Origin: Smithella sp.
GTDB taxonomy: Bacteria > Desulfobacterota > Syntrophia > Syntrophales > Smithellaceae
Reading direction: 5' to 3'
Length of the DNA: 38,855 bases
Assembly: GCA_012797505.1 (NCBI GenBank)
Contig: JAAZOZ010000203.1
Span: 1 to 38,855, forward strand
Made by a program: the position numbers and the translations under genes. The notes under the pieces are model-generated. The model did not search any database, had not been told where the DNA came from, and worked only from the letters and a program-made list of their open reading frames with translations. Positions 9,032 through 20,698 of this stretch are shown one piece after another (within the stretch, counting starts at the first letter, position 1; every line of letters begins with the position of its first letter).

Positions 9032-9709
9032 TTATTTCTTTTCCTTTTCCTTCTTTTCTTCTTTCGCCGGTTCCGCGGCGGCGGCAGCGCCTTCCGCAGC
9101 TTCAGCACCTTCCGCGGCAACGGCTTCGGCGGATTCAACCTTGGCCACCCGGACGGCGGCGACGGACACGACAGCGGCGTCCGGCGGATCCAGATGGGTC
9201 AATCCCTCAGGAATGACGATATCTTTCACTTTCAGGGAATGGCCGATTTCAAGAGCTGAAATATCGACATCGATGTGGTCGGGCAGATCGGTCGGCAGAC
9301 ACAACACCCTGACGTCTCTTTTGATATGCTGGAGTTCCCCGCCGTTTTCCACGCCGACGGCCTTGCCGGTAAAGTTCAGTTCGACGTCAAAGGCCAGCTT
9401 CTTATTCATATCCACTTCATAAAAATCCGCGTGATAGAATTTCCCGCTCAGGGGCTGGATCTGCAATTCCTTGATCAGGGAAAGCTTCTCGATTTTCTTG
9501 CCGCCGTCATCAATCAGCAGCTTGATAAAGGCGTGGTCTTTCTTTTGCTTGTGCAGCCTGAACAGGTCGCTGCTTTTCACGGCCAGCGGGATGTTCCCCG
9601 TGGCTTTGCCGTAAAAAATGGCCGGCACAAGTCCCTGCTGACGCAGCCTTCGGGCCGGGCCCTTCTTGTGTTCTGTACGGACCTGGGCCGTTAAATCGGT
9701 TATTTCCAT
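9032..9709 (-). CDS. rplY: 50S ribosomal protein L25/Ctc
   Basis: ARRLRQQGLVPAIFYG, HADFY, C-terminal Ctc domain, Ala/Glu/Lys tail. Confidence 0.96.
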   Translation of the reverse strand: MEITDLTAQVRTEHKKGPARRLRQQGLVPAIFYGKATGNIPLAVKSSDLFRLHKQKKDHAFIKLLIDDGGKKIEKLSLIKELQIQPLSGKFYHADFYEVDMNKKLAFDVELNFTGKAVGVENGGELQHIKRDVRVLCLPTDLPDHIDVDISALEIGHSLKVKDIVIPEGLTHLDPPDAAVVSVAAVRVAKVESAEAVAAEGAEAAEGAAAAAEPAKEEKKEKEKK

Positions 9710-9723
9710 TTACCCCTTCCCTC

Positions 9724-10665
9724 CTAAATAAATAATGAACTCACTGAATCGTTGTAATAAATGCGGCGCACCGCTTCGGACAACAGGCCGGACACCGACA
9801 AAACTTTTATTCTTTCACATTGGGCCGCCTTTTCACAAAGCGGAATCGTATCCGTCACGACAAATTCCCTGATGGCGGATTTGCTGATGCGATCGATCGC
9901 CGGACCGGACAACACCGGATGCGTGCAGCAGACGGATACTTCCAGAGCGCCCGCGTCCGCCAGCGCCTGGGCCGCCTGCACGACGGTTCCCGCCGTATCC
10001 ACCATATCGTCCAGAATAATGACCCTCTTTCCCTTGATGTTGCCGATAATATTCATGACCTGGGCTTCATTGGGGCCTTCCCTGCGTTTGTCGATAATCG
10101 CCAGAGAGGCGCCCAGCCTTTTGCCGAACGCCCGGGCCCGTTCGACGCCGCCGGTATCCGGGGAAACCACCACCGTATCCTCCCTGTAATTTCTTTTCAT
10201 GTAGTCAATCAACACCGGCGTGGCAAAGAGGTTGTCCACGGGAATGTTGAAGAAGCCCTGAATCTGGCCGGCGTGCAGGTCCATGGACAAAAGGCGGTTG
10301 GCGCCGGCCGTCGTAATCAAATCCGCGACCAGTTTGGCCGAAATGGGCGCGCGGGGCGCCACTTTCCGGTCCTGCCTCGCATATCCGTAGTACGGCACGA
10401 CGGCGGTGATGCGGTCGGCAGACGCCCTTTTCATGGCATCGATCATAATGAGCAGTTCCATCAGGGTGACATTCACCGGCGTGCAGGTGGACTGGATGAT
10501 GAAAACATCCATCCCCCGAACATTTTCATCAATCTCCACGCGGGTTTCACCGTCGCTGAAGGTGGTTACATTGGCGTTGCCCAGCGGAACCCCCAGCTTT
10601 TCACAGATTTTCCGGGCCAGTTCCCGATTGGCATTTCCGGTAAATACCCTTATTCTTTCAAGCAT
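9724..10665 (-). CDS. prs: Ribose-phosphate pyrophosphokinase
   Basis: [36 protein letters not shown]. Confidence 0.98.
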   Translation of the reverse strand: MLERIRVFTGNANRELARKICEKLGVPLGNANVTTFSDGETRVEIDENVRGMDVFIIQSTCTPVNVTLMELLIMIDAMKRASADRITAVVPYYGYARQDRKVAPRAPISAKLVADLITTAGANRLLSMDLHAGQIQGFFNIPVDNLFATPVLIDYMKRNYREDTVVVSPDTGGVERARAFGKRLGASLAIIDKRREGPNEAQVMNIIGNIKGKRVIILDDMVDTAGTVVQAAQALADAGALEVSVCCTHPVLSGPAIDRISKSAIREFVVTDTIPLCEKAAQCERIKVLSVSGLLSEAVRRIYYNDSVSSLFI

Positions 10666-10690
10666 TTAAATATTTCTCCCAAAGCTTTTC

Positions 10691-10765
10691 TGGCTGGGGC
10701 GGGAGGATTCGAACCTCCGAATGCAGGAACCAAAATCCTGTGTCTTACCGCTTGACGACGCCCCA
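10691..10765 (-). tRNA. tRNA-Gln (UUG), CCA encoded
   Basis: Reverse complement TGGGGCGTCGTCAAGCGGTAAGACACAGGATTTTGGTTCCTGCATTCGGAGGTTCGAATCCTCCCGCCCCAGCCA; anticodon TTG; canonical ispE-tRNA-Gln-prs order. Confidence 0.97.
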
Positions 10766-10783
10766 ACGTCTTCGATTTATAAT

Positions 10784-11686
10784 TCAACCGGGCAGTTCTT
10801 CGTCAGGGGAGAATTCGTATTTACCCGAGAGTGATTGGGCAAAGAAAACGCGACAGTCTCCGGAAACTTTTTTTTCAATAGCACTCCGCGCTTCTCTGGC
10901 CGACTCTTCATCGGCAAAAAGGCCAAATAGCGTGGGACCGCTGCCCGACATCAATGCACCCAGGGCGCCTTCGTTGATCAGCAACTGTTTAAAATCCGCC
11001 AATTCGGGATGCATGTTCATCGATACAGCTTCTAAATCATTATGCAATTCCCGAATTACATCACCCAGTGCGTAAAATCGCGGAATGCTATAATTATTTT
11101 CTTTTTTTGTCAACGTGAAATTAAGGTTTTCGTAAACCGTTTTTGTGGAAAGGGGAAAGGGGGGATTGATTAAAACCATACTGAGTTTTGGCGTGTTTTC
11201 CAGCGCCTGGAGTCTGTCGCCGATGCCGGATGCAAACGCCGTTTGACCAAAAATAAAAAAAGGCACATCCGCGCCGAGTTTTACCCCCAGTTTCATCAGC
11301 TCGTCTTTGGAAAGCCCCAGTGAACACAGGTCATTGAGCGCCAGCAGGGTGGCCGCGGCATCCGAACTGCCTCCGCCCAGACCGGCCGCCGAAGGAATCT
11401 GCTTGGAGAGCGTGATGTCAACGCCGCCCGGATAGCCGGTATGTTCAAAAAGCGCCCGGGCCGCCCGGTAAACCAGGTTTTTTTCATCCGTGGGAAGGTC
11501 GGTTCCGGGGCAGGAAAGTGCAATCCCCTCCGGGCGGAGGGAACAGATCAGTTCATCGAAAAGAGAAATCTGCTGCATGACGGAAGCCAGATCGTGGTAA
11601 CCATCCGGCCGTTTGCGCAAAATTCGCAGAAAAAGGTTGATTTTTGCAGGCGCCAGCCTTCGCATTTCAGCCTTTTTCTTTGACAT
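10784..11686 (-). CDS. ispE: 4-diphosphocytidyl-2-C-methyl-D-erythritol kinase
   Basis: APAKINLFL, GYHDL, IPSAAGLGGGSSDAA, LGADVPFF, MSGSGPT. Confidence 0.96.
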   Translation of the reverse strand: MSKKKAEMRRLAPAKINLFLRILRKRPDGYHDLASVMQQISLFDELICSLRPEGIALSCPGTDLPTDEKNLVYRAARALFEHTGYPGGVDITLSKQIPSAAGLGGGSSDAAATLLALNDLCSLGLSKDELMKLGVKLGADVPFFIFGQTAFASGIGDRLQALENTPKLSMVLINPPFPLSTKTVYENLNFTLTKKENNYSIPRFYALGDVIRELHNDLEAVSMNMHPELADFKQLLINEGALGALMSGSGPTLFGLFADEESAREARSAIEKKVSGDCRVFFAQSLSGKYEFSPDEELPG

Positions 11687-12062
11687 AGCGCATTTTCAGC
11701 TCGTAGAGCACTCCCTCGATCAGATTGGTTTCGTTTTTGTCGAGGTTTCCGGCGGTTTTCTTCTGGAGCATATCCAGAATATCGATGGTCTGTTTGGCAG
11801 CCGGAAGATTCTTTTCGGCTTTTCCCCCTTCGACCTCCGGAAAATCGCCGAAATGAAACAGAGCGGACGTGGAAAGCGAAATAACAAAATTCGTAAAATT
11901 AACAGGTGGATACTCATCCGGTTCTGCCGGAGTTTTTCCGGCCTGTCCCTTCGGTTCCTCCGCTTTTACGGATGCCGGCTCCTCTTTTGCATTAGCATCC
12001 GGTTCTTCCGAAAAACGCCTGTCCCTGATGACAAATCCTTCGCCTTTGGTTTCTTCCGCCAT
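11667..12062 (-). CDS. DUF1844 family protein
   Basis: FTNFVISLSTSALFHFG...AKQTIDILDMLQKKTAGNL...LYELKMRYV. Confidence 0.88.
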   Translation of the reverse strand: MAEETKGEGFVIRDRRFSEEPDANAKEEPASVKAEEPKGQAGKTPAEPDEYPPVNFTNFVISLSTSALFHFGDFPEVEGGKAEKNLPAAKQTIDILDMLQKKTAGNLDKNETNLIEGVLYELKMRYVKEKG

Positions 12063-12078
12063 AATACCCCCTTATTTT

Positions 12079-12106
12079 GCAGGGAACGGCCGCGACCGTT
12101 CCCTAC
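12079..12106 (-). repeat. GTAG-type REP-like palindrome
   Basis: Minus strand GTAGGGAACGGTCGCGGCCGTTCCCTGC: GTAG foot plus GC-rich palindrome. Confidence 0.65.
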
Positions 12107-12113
12107 TCTTTAT

Positions 12114-12137
12114 CCTTCAGCCTTCAGCCTTCGGTCT

Positions 12138-12141
<4 letters not shown>
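12114..12141. repeat. Heptamer tandem repeat (CCTTCAG x4, degenerate) overlapping the clpB stop
   Basis: CCTTCAG CCTTCAG CCTTCGG TCTTCAG. Confidence 0.75.
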
Positions 12142-14726
<2,585 letters not shown>

Positions 14727-14739
14727 GGACTCCCTCCTT

Positions 14740-15612
14740 CTACTCCACGGGTTTTTCAATCGTCACAAAAAGCTTCCCGTTTTTAAAAATACTGACGTTT
14801 CCCGAGGACTGGGAAATCACCATCGCCACCGCATTGGTCACGTTGGTGATGCCCGCCGCGGCGATATGGCGGCTGCCCAGCCCCGACGGAAAATCTTTGC
14901 TGTCCAGCGCCGCGCTCAAGTGCCGGCCTGCCGTAACAATCGCTCCGTTGGCCTTGATGATAAACGCGCCGTCAATGGCGGAAAGCTCCTTGATGGTTTC
15001 CTCCAGCTCCGGATTCAGAATATTGCGCTGCTCCTCGGAGTATCCTTTAAACGGGTTGATGATCATCTGCCGGGACAACTGCATGACTTTCTCATCGTCC
15101 CCCAGCACAAAGATCGTTCCGACCTTCCGGGTTTCCCGCCCCTGAGCGGCAAGCTCACAGGCGATGTTCAACGCCGCGTTGAAAACCTCCGGCTGGACGG
15201 AATCCACGACATCGCTGATGTCGTCGGATGTCAGAATTTCAAATTCGCGCCCCACGTCGATGAAAAAGATGCTGTCCGCATACCCGAATTTCGGCACGCC
15301 CGACAGGCAGACGATTCTGTCGCCTTTTTTGAACAGTCCGGAAACAATGCCTTTGGCGATCGCGATCTTGATTTTTCCGACGCGGGTCAGATTCACGTCG
15401 GGAAGTTCCAGTTTCTTCGCCGTCGGCAGCAGCTTCTCCGGCAATTCTTCGGATTCTCTCATGACGAAAACGAACCGAACCGATTTTCTCTCGTCTTCGG
15501 AAAGCTCGGCCAGTTCACCGCGAACATCTACGCACAGGAGAACACAGCCGGCTTTGACCTCTTTCGCCAGTTTAATGGCTGATTCGACCATCGTCTTGTT
15601 CACGGATTTCAT
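14740..15612 (-). CDS. Diadenylate cyclase, DacZ/CdaZ-type (N-terminal PK_C-like domain plus DisA_N/DAC domain)
   Basis: ELSAIDGAF (DGA) and GLGSRHIAA motifs, VISQSSG; start at 15612 (or 15618) after AGGGA. Confidence 0.88.
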   Translation of the reverse strand: MKSVNKTMVESAIKLAKEVKAGCVLLCVDVRGELAELSEDERKSVRFVFVMRESEELPEKLLPTAKKLELPDVNLTRVGKIKIAIAKGIVSGLFKKGDRIVCLSGVPKFGYADSIFFIDVGREFEILTSDDISDVVDSVQPEVFNAALNIACELAAQGRETRKVGTIFVLGDDEKVMQLSRQMIINPFKGYSEEQRNILNPELEETIKELSAIDGAFIIKANGAIVTAGRHLSAALDSKDFPSGLGSRHIAAAGITNVTNAVAMVISQSSGNVSIFKNGKLFVTIEKPVE

Positions 15613-15639
15613 ATCCATAATCCCTGGTTTTTTGAAGGT

Positions 15640-15668
15640 AGAATAATCATTCGGCGCCCGCCTGTCAA
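15640..15668 (-). promoter_or_regulatory. sigma70-type promoter for the DAC-clpB run
   Basis: Minus strand TTGACA-17 nt-TATTCT. Confidence 0.7.
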
Positions 15669-15713
15669 GACGGGGACGACCGCCCGGGGAAATATTTACT
15701 GGAAAATATTTGC

Positions 15714-15742
15714 TTGACCGCCAATGGACTCTTCGGTATTTT
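15714..15742 (+). promoter_or_regulatory. sigma70-type promoter for rpoH
   Basis: TTGACC-17 nt-TATTTT, upstream of RBS GAGGAGG (15764-15770). Confidence 0.65.
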
Positions 15743-15778
15743 AATAAACCATGTTTTTTTATCGAGGAGGCCAGCACG

Positions 15779-16999
15779 TTGAAGTTACCCATCTTCACCG
15801 GCACTCTGGACTTATACATCGCTGAGATCAATCGCTTCCCCATTTTAACCCCCGAGGAAGAGTTCAAGCTGGCCATGCGCCTGAAGAAAGACAACGATAT
15901 GGAAGCGGCGGAAAAACTCATCGTTTCCAACCTGCGGTTTGTCGTGAAGATCGCCCACGAATACCGCAGCTACGGCTTCAAACTGGCCGATCTCATTCAG
16001 GAAGGCAACATCGGACTGATTCATGCCGTCAAAAAATTCGACCCGGAAAAAGGCTACCGCCTGATTTCCTATGCGGTCTGGTGGATTCGCGCCTACATTC
16101 AGAACTACCTGATTAAATCCTGGAGCATCGTCAAGATTGGAACCACGCAGGCGCAGAGGAAACTTTTTTTCAAGTTGAACCAGGCCAGGAAACAGCTGGA
16201 AACCATCTCGAAGAAGAATCCCGAATTCAGCGAGATCGCCGATTCACTGGGCGTCAAGGGGTCCGAGGTCGCGGAAATGGATCTGCGGATGGGCGCGCGC
16301 GACCTGTCGCTCAATAAGCTTATCGGTGATGACGGCGAAACGTCCCATCTCGATTTCCTCACCCATGACGGCGACAACCAGGAAACATCCGTGATCAAGG
16401 ACTATGAACGAGAATTGGTTGAACACAATATCGGCGGCGCCTTGGCTACACTCAATGAACGGGAACGCTACATCATCCAGCACCGTATAATGTTGAATAA
16501 TACGATGGAAATAGAACGTATTGTTAACGAAGAGCAAAATAAAAAAGTAGAAAGCAATGATGAAAAAGAAAGAAGTAGATTCGATAGGATTAGAGCATAT
16601 AAACAACTCGTTGAAGAAGGGAAAGGCGATGATATTAACCAAATTAATAAAATTGCGCAGAAAGGCGAGACAGTTACATCCGCTAAAGAGGCTATACAAG
16701 CAGAAGAAGCAATCCTAAGGAAGGCAAAAGAAGACATTATCGAATTTAAAAGAGCTATAAGGAGTTCTGATAGAGAAGAAAATATTGCAAAAACCCTTCA
16801 GGAAATCGGCGACAGATACAACATCCCCCGTGAACTCGTCCGTCAGATCAGGGAACAGGCGCTTAAAGAAGATATTGCAAAAACCCTTCAGGAAATCGGC
16901 GACAAATACAACATCACCCGTGAACGCGCCCGCCAGATTGAGAAGCAGGCCCTCAAAAAAGTGCAGCTGGCCCTGCCGCACCTAAAAGAGGATCATTAA
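15779..16999 (+). CDS. rpoH: RNA polymerase sigma-32 (RpoH) with a ~100-aa insertion in region 4 and a duplicated region 4.2 HTH
   Basis: NLRFVVKIA, DLIQEGNIGL, YAVWWIRA, RpoH box QRKLFFKL; TTG start at 15779 after GAGGAGG. Confidence 0.92.
   Translation: MKLPIFTGTLDLYIAEINRFPILTPEEEFKLAMRLKKDNDMEAAEKLIVSNLRFVVKIAHEYRSYGFKLADLIQEGNIGLIHAVKKFDPEKGYRLISYAVWWIRAYIQNYLIKSWSIVKIGTTQAQRKLFFKLNQARKQLETISKKNPEFSEIADSLGVKGSEVAEMDLRMGARDLSLNKLIGDDGETSHLDFLTHDGDNQETSVIKDYERELVEHNIGGALATLNERERYIIQHRIMLNNTMEIERIVNEEQNKKVESNDEKERSRFDRIRAYKQLVEEGKGDDINQINKIAQKGETVTSAKEAIQAEEAILRKAKEDIIEFKRAIRSSDREENIAKTLQEIGDRYNIPRELVRQIREQALKEDIAKTLQEIGDKYNITRERARQIEKQALKKVQLALPHLKEDH
16776..16955 (+). repeat. 90-bp tandem duplication encoding the sigma region 4.2 HTH twice
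   Basis: 16776-16865 vs 16866-16955; 77/90 identical by hand alignment. Confidence 0.95.
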
Positions 17000-17610
17000 T
17001 CGGTCATTTGGGCCCACGGGGAATAAACGAGAAACCACGCGATTTTCACATACTCTCTGCCCACTTTTTTCCAGTCGGACGCCTTCAGTTCCCAGGCGTT
17101 TACCGGGGCCTTTTCGTAGGGCGTCGGCAAAAAACAATGGCCTTCGGATGAACCGAACAGTTTGCCGACCATGATGCGGATGCGCCGCATATGATACGGG
17201 GAGCTGACGAAGATCGCCGTCGTCTGACCGGTTTGCCGCATGATTCTTTTCGCCTCGATCAGCTCCAGGTGCGTGTCCTCATAATACGGCGAAGCCTCAT
17301 CGCCCTGATTCGCATTGAGGCGATCGGGGTCCTTCCGGACGAAAGCGGGCCGGAGCTTACCCCGGTCAACGGTGAAGATCTTTTGATAGGCGGGAATCAG
17401 GAGCGTGTCCGCCATCCCCCGGTTCATCAAATCCCTGGCGTAGCGATCCCGGTCGTGAAAAACGGGGCCCAGCAAAACCACGACGGCATCCGCCCGGGCG
17501 CAGCCGGTCGAATACGCCAGAAACCGGGGCGCATAAAACACCCCCGCCGCAAGGACGATCATCACCAGCAGCATCATTCCGATGCGCTTTTTAAAGGACC
17601 GCCGGGTCAT
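16996..17610 (-). CDS. YdcF/ElyC/SanA-like (DUF218) membrane-anchored protein
   Basis: N-terminal TM, ADAVVVLLG, VSSPYHMRR, REYVKI. Confidence 0.8.
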   Translation of the reverse strand: MTRRSFKKRIGMMLLVMIVLAAGVFYAPRFLAYSTGCARADAVVVLLGPVFHDRDRYARDLMNRGMADTLLIPAYQKIFTVDRGKLRPAFVRKDPDRLNANQGDEASPYYEDTHLELIEAKRIMRQTGQTTAIFVSSPYHMRRIRIMVGKLFGSSEGHCFLPTPYEKAPVNAWELKASDWKKVGREYVKIAWFLVYSPWAQMTD

Positions 17611-17637
17611 GGGCCGATGCCGTTCCTGTTTCCTTTT

Positions 17638-20262
17638 TCATAATTTGCTTTTCAGTTCGTTGAGTTTATTGAGCGCGGAAAGCGGCGTCATGGAAGAAAC
17701 ATCCAGCCGGCGAAGCTCTTCCAGAACGACGTCTTCGCTCGGGGCAAACAGATTCAACTGCGGGTTGGCCGGCTTTCGGACATTTTGGCCGCGGGCGATC
17801 CGCGGCATGCCGATTTCGTCGAATTCGCCCTTCTCCAGATTGCGCAGAATTTCCCTGGCCCGGGCAATGACGTCCGCCGGAACGCCGGCGATCCTCGCGA
17901 CTTCGATGCCGTAGCTGCGGCTCGTTCCCCCCTCCATGATCCTGCGCAGAAAAATGATTTTCTCCCCCCATTCCTTGACGGCAATGTTGTAATTTTTCGC
18001 GCCTGTCCTGGACGCGGCCAGATCGGTCAACTGGTGGTAGTGTGTGGCAAACAGCGTGCGCATGCCCTGCCCGGCGAAATCGTGAATATACTCGGCCACG
18101 GCCCAGGCGATGCTTAACCCGTCAAACGTCGAAGTTCCCCGACCCACCTCGTCCAGAATGACCAGGCTGCGGGGCGTCGCCTCCGTGAGAATCTGCGCCG
18201 TCTCCATCATTTCCACCATAAACGTGCTCTGGCCTTTGACCAGGCTGTCCGACGCGCCGATCCGCGTGAAGATTTTATCGACCACGCCGATGCGGGCGCG
18301 GGAAGCGGGAACAAAACTGCCCATTTGCGCGAGAAGCACGATCAGGGCCACCTGTCGGATATATGTGGACTTCCCGGCCATGTTGGGCCCGGTAATGACG
18401 AGCAGGCGGTTTTGCCGCAAATCCAGCAGCGTATCGTTGGGCACAAACCCTTCCTTTTTGAGGGCCGCTTCGACCACCGGATGGCGGCCGTCCTGAATGT
18501 CGATGACGTCTCCGTCATCGATTTCCGGCGAGACGTAGGCATGCTTTTCGGCCGCTTCCGCCAGCGCGCAGGTCGCATCGATCTCGGCCACGCGAAAAGC
18601 GTTGTGCTGAATTTCAGGAATATCCGGCAGCAGGCTTTCGCGAAGCGCGACAAACAGTTCATTTTCGCGCCCGCGTATTTTTTCTTCCGCGTGCAGCACC
18701 GTCTGTTCGAATTCCTTCAATTCCTGATTGATGTAGCGCTCCGCGTTGACCAGCGTCTGCTTGCGCACGTAGGAGTCCGGCACCAGCGCGGCGTTGGCTT
18801 TGGTCACTTCGATATAGTAGCCGAACACGCTGTTGTAGCCGATTTTGAGGGAATGGATGCCCGTGGCCTGCCGCTCTTTGACCTCCAGCGCGGCAATCCA
18901 TTTTTTGCCGTCGGCGCTGATGGAGCGCAGGCGATCCAGCTCTTCGTCAAAGCCCGCGGCGATAAATCCCCCGTCCTGCGTGCGGGCGGGAGGATCGGCG
19001 ACAATCGCGCGGGAAAGCAGCGAAACCGTCGCGGACATGTCCGTCATGTCTTTGCGCAAGGCGATCAGAGCGGGCGCGGTAAATTCTTCCAACCCGGATC
19101 GCAGGCCGGGTAAAACGGCAAGAGACGTTTTCAGCGCCACGAGGTCGCGCGGCGTCGCCGCCATGAGCGCAACGCGTCCGGCCAGCCTTTCCAAATCATA
19201 GACGCCGGATAGAATCTTGCGCAGGCCTTCCCGCGCCGCGTGGCTGTTTTTGATTTCCGCCACGGCCGCCAGCCGTCCGCGGATTCTTTCGGGCGACGTG
19301 AGCGGATAGGCCATCCACCAGCGCAGCCGTCTGGCCCCCATCGGCGTCAGGGTTTCATTGATCAGTGAAAAAAGAGAGCCGGCGCTTCTGCCGTCCTGAA
19401 GGGTTGCGAAGATTTCCAGGTTTCGGCGCGCGGCCTCGTTGAGCATCAGATAATTCCGGGGCGCATATTCCCGAATGGCGGAAATATGGCCGGCGCGAAC
19501 CTGCTGCGTGGCCTTCACATAGCGCAGAATCTCGGCGGCGGCGATTTTCGCCGCGGGAAGCTTGTGAAGGCCTGATTTTTCCAGCACCGAAGGCGCGAGC
19601 TCCCTCTCCAGAATTTCATCCGCCTGCCCGGGCTCAAAGCCGGCCGCGTCAATCGTATTGACGCAAACGGACGGCATCTGGGCCTCCAGCATTTTGACCA
19701 GCACCGGATCGGGAAAGGTCCCGGCGACCAGCAGTTCCCGAAAGACCAATCCGCCCGCGGCGGCGAGAAGCGCTTCGCGGCCGGGGAACTCGCCGATGTA
19801 AAATTCACCGGTGGAAAGATCCAGAAACGCCAGGCCCAGCGCATCGGGGCCGGCGGTCAGGCAGGCCAGATAATTGTTTTCTCCCGCTTTCAGGTTCTCC
19901 TCGTCCAGAACCAGCCCCGGCGTGATCACGCGGACAACCTCGCGCCGGACGATGCCTTTGGCGCTTTTCGGGTCCTCTACCTGTTCGCAGACGGCTACTT
20001 TGTAGCCCTTTTCCACGAGCCTTGTGATGTAGGCGGAAGCGGCGTGATAGGGAACCCCGCACAGCGGCACGGCGTCTTTACTGGACTTATTGCGGGAGGT
20101 GAGCGTGATTTCCAGAAGCGGCGCGGCCGCAAGCGCGTCTTCGAAAAACATCTCGTAGAAGTCGCCCATGCGGTAAAACAAAATGCAGTCCGGATATTTT
20201 TCCTTGATTTCGACGTACTGCTTCATCGCCGGGGTAAGATTGAACGTTGCGTCTAGCGCCAT
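17638..20262 (-). CDS. mutS: DNA mismatch repair protein MutS
   Basis: TPAMKQY, RMGDFYEMF, ITGPNMAGKSTY, DEVGRGTSTFDG, SYGIEVA. Confidence 0.98.
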   Translation of the reverse strand: MALDATFNLTPAMKQYVEIKEKYPDCILFYRMGDFYEMFFEDALAAAPLLEITLTSRNKSSKDAVPLCGVPYHAASAYITRLVEKGYKVAVCEQVEDPKSAKGIVRREVVRVITPGLVLDEENLKAGENNYLACLTAGPDALGLAFLDLSTGEFYIGEFPGREALLAAAGGLVFRELLVAGTFPDPVLVKMLEAQMPSVCVNTIDAAGFEPGQADEILERELAPSVLEKSGLHKLPAAKIAAAEILRYVKATQQVRAGHISAIREYAPRNYLMLNEAARRNLEIFATLQDGRSAGSLFSLINETLTPMGARRLRWWMAYPLTSPERIRGRLAAVAEIKNSHAAREGLRKILSGVYDLERLAGRVALMAATPRDLVALKTSLAVLPGLRSGLEEFTAPALIALRKDMTDMSATVSLLSRAIVADPPARTQDGGFIAAGFDEELDRLRSISADGKKWIAALEVKERQATGIHSLKIGYNSVFGYYIEVTKANAALVPDSYVRKQTLVNAERYINQELKEFEQTVLHAEEKIRGRENELFVALRESLLPDIPEIQHNAFRVAEIDATCALAEAAEKHAYVSPEIDDGDVIDIQDGRHPVVEAALKKEGFVPNDTLLDLRQNRLLVITGPNMAGKSTYIRQVALIVLLAQMGSFVPASRARIGVVDKIFTRIGASDSLVKGQSTFMVEMMETAQILTEATPRSLVILDEVGRGTSTFDGLSIAWAVAEYIHDFAGQGMRTLFATHYHQLTDLAASRTGAKNYNIAVKEWGEKIIFLRRIMEGGTSRSYGIEVARIAGVPADVIARAREILRNLEKGEFDEIGMPRIARGQNVRKPANPQLNLFAPSEDVVLEELRRLDVSSMTPLSALNKLNELKSKL

Positions 20263-20687
20263 TTCCCGTCATCCCCCCGCTCCAGATCGATCACGTCGGG
20301 TTTCCCGTGATGGACGATGGGTTGCTGATAAATGAAACGGTTGGCCAGCCAGCTGGCGATGCTGATCATCAGGGCGCCGAGAAACGCCCAGAAAAAACCG
20401 TCAATCTCCAGACCCGGCACGAAATAGGCCACCAGAAGCAGCATGAGGGCATTGAGCACAAAGGCAAAAATCCCCAGCGTCAGCACCGTCAGCGGCAGGG
20501 TCAAAAGAAGCAGGACGGGACGAAGGAAGGTGTTCAGAATTCCCAGAATCGCGGCAGCTAGAAAGGCCGTCGGTACGGAAGCCACATGAATGCCGGAAAG
20601 GAGGCTGGACGAGAGGAGAATGGCCGCGGTAATGACCAGCCACCGCGTGAGAAGAATCGTCATGAATGTTCCCTGAAACATCGCCAT
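20253..20687 (-). CDS. Phage-holin-family/YvlD-like 4-TM membrane protein
   Basis: LGILNTFLRPVLLLLTLPLTVLTLGIF..VLNALML, IDGFFWAFLGALMIS. Confidence 0.85.
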   Translation of the reverse strand: MAMFQGTFMTILLTRWLVITAAILLSSSLLSGIHVASVPTAFLAAAILGILNTFLRPVLLLLTLPLTVLTLGIFAFVLNALMLLLVAYFVPGLEIDGFFWAFLGALMISIASWLANRFIYQQPIVHHGKPDVIDLERGDDGKWR

Positions 20688-20698
20688 CTTGCTCCTCG

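Noticed and set aside
14740-15930. 396-aa DAC overlapping rpoH
   Set aside because: The extension is antisense to rpoH and spans the promoters; the RBS and promoter support a start at ~15612.
16493-16792. rpoH insert as an intein or self-splicing intron
   Set aside because: No N-terminal Cys/Ser or C-terminal His-Asn splice motifs, no endonuclease motif, and no evident group I/II structure.
16776-16955. rpoH repeat as a diversity-generating retroelement TR/VR pair
   Set aside because: Mismatches are not confined to adenines, both copies are in the same frame, and there is no reverse transcriptase in the window.
20253-20687. Holin as evidence of a prophage
   Set aside because: This 4-TM family is common in chromosomes, and no endolysin or other phage genes are nearby.
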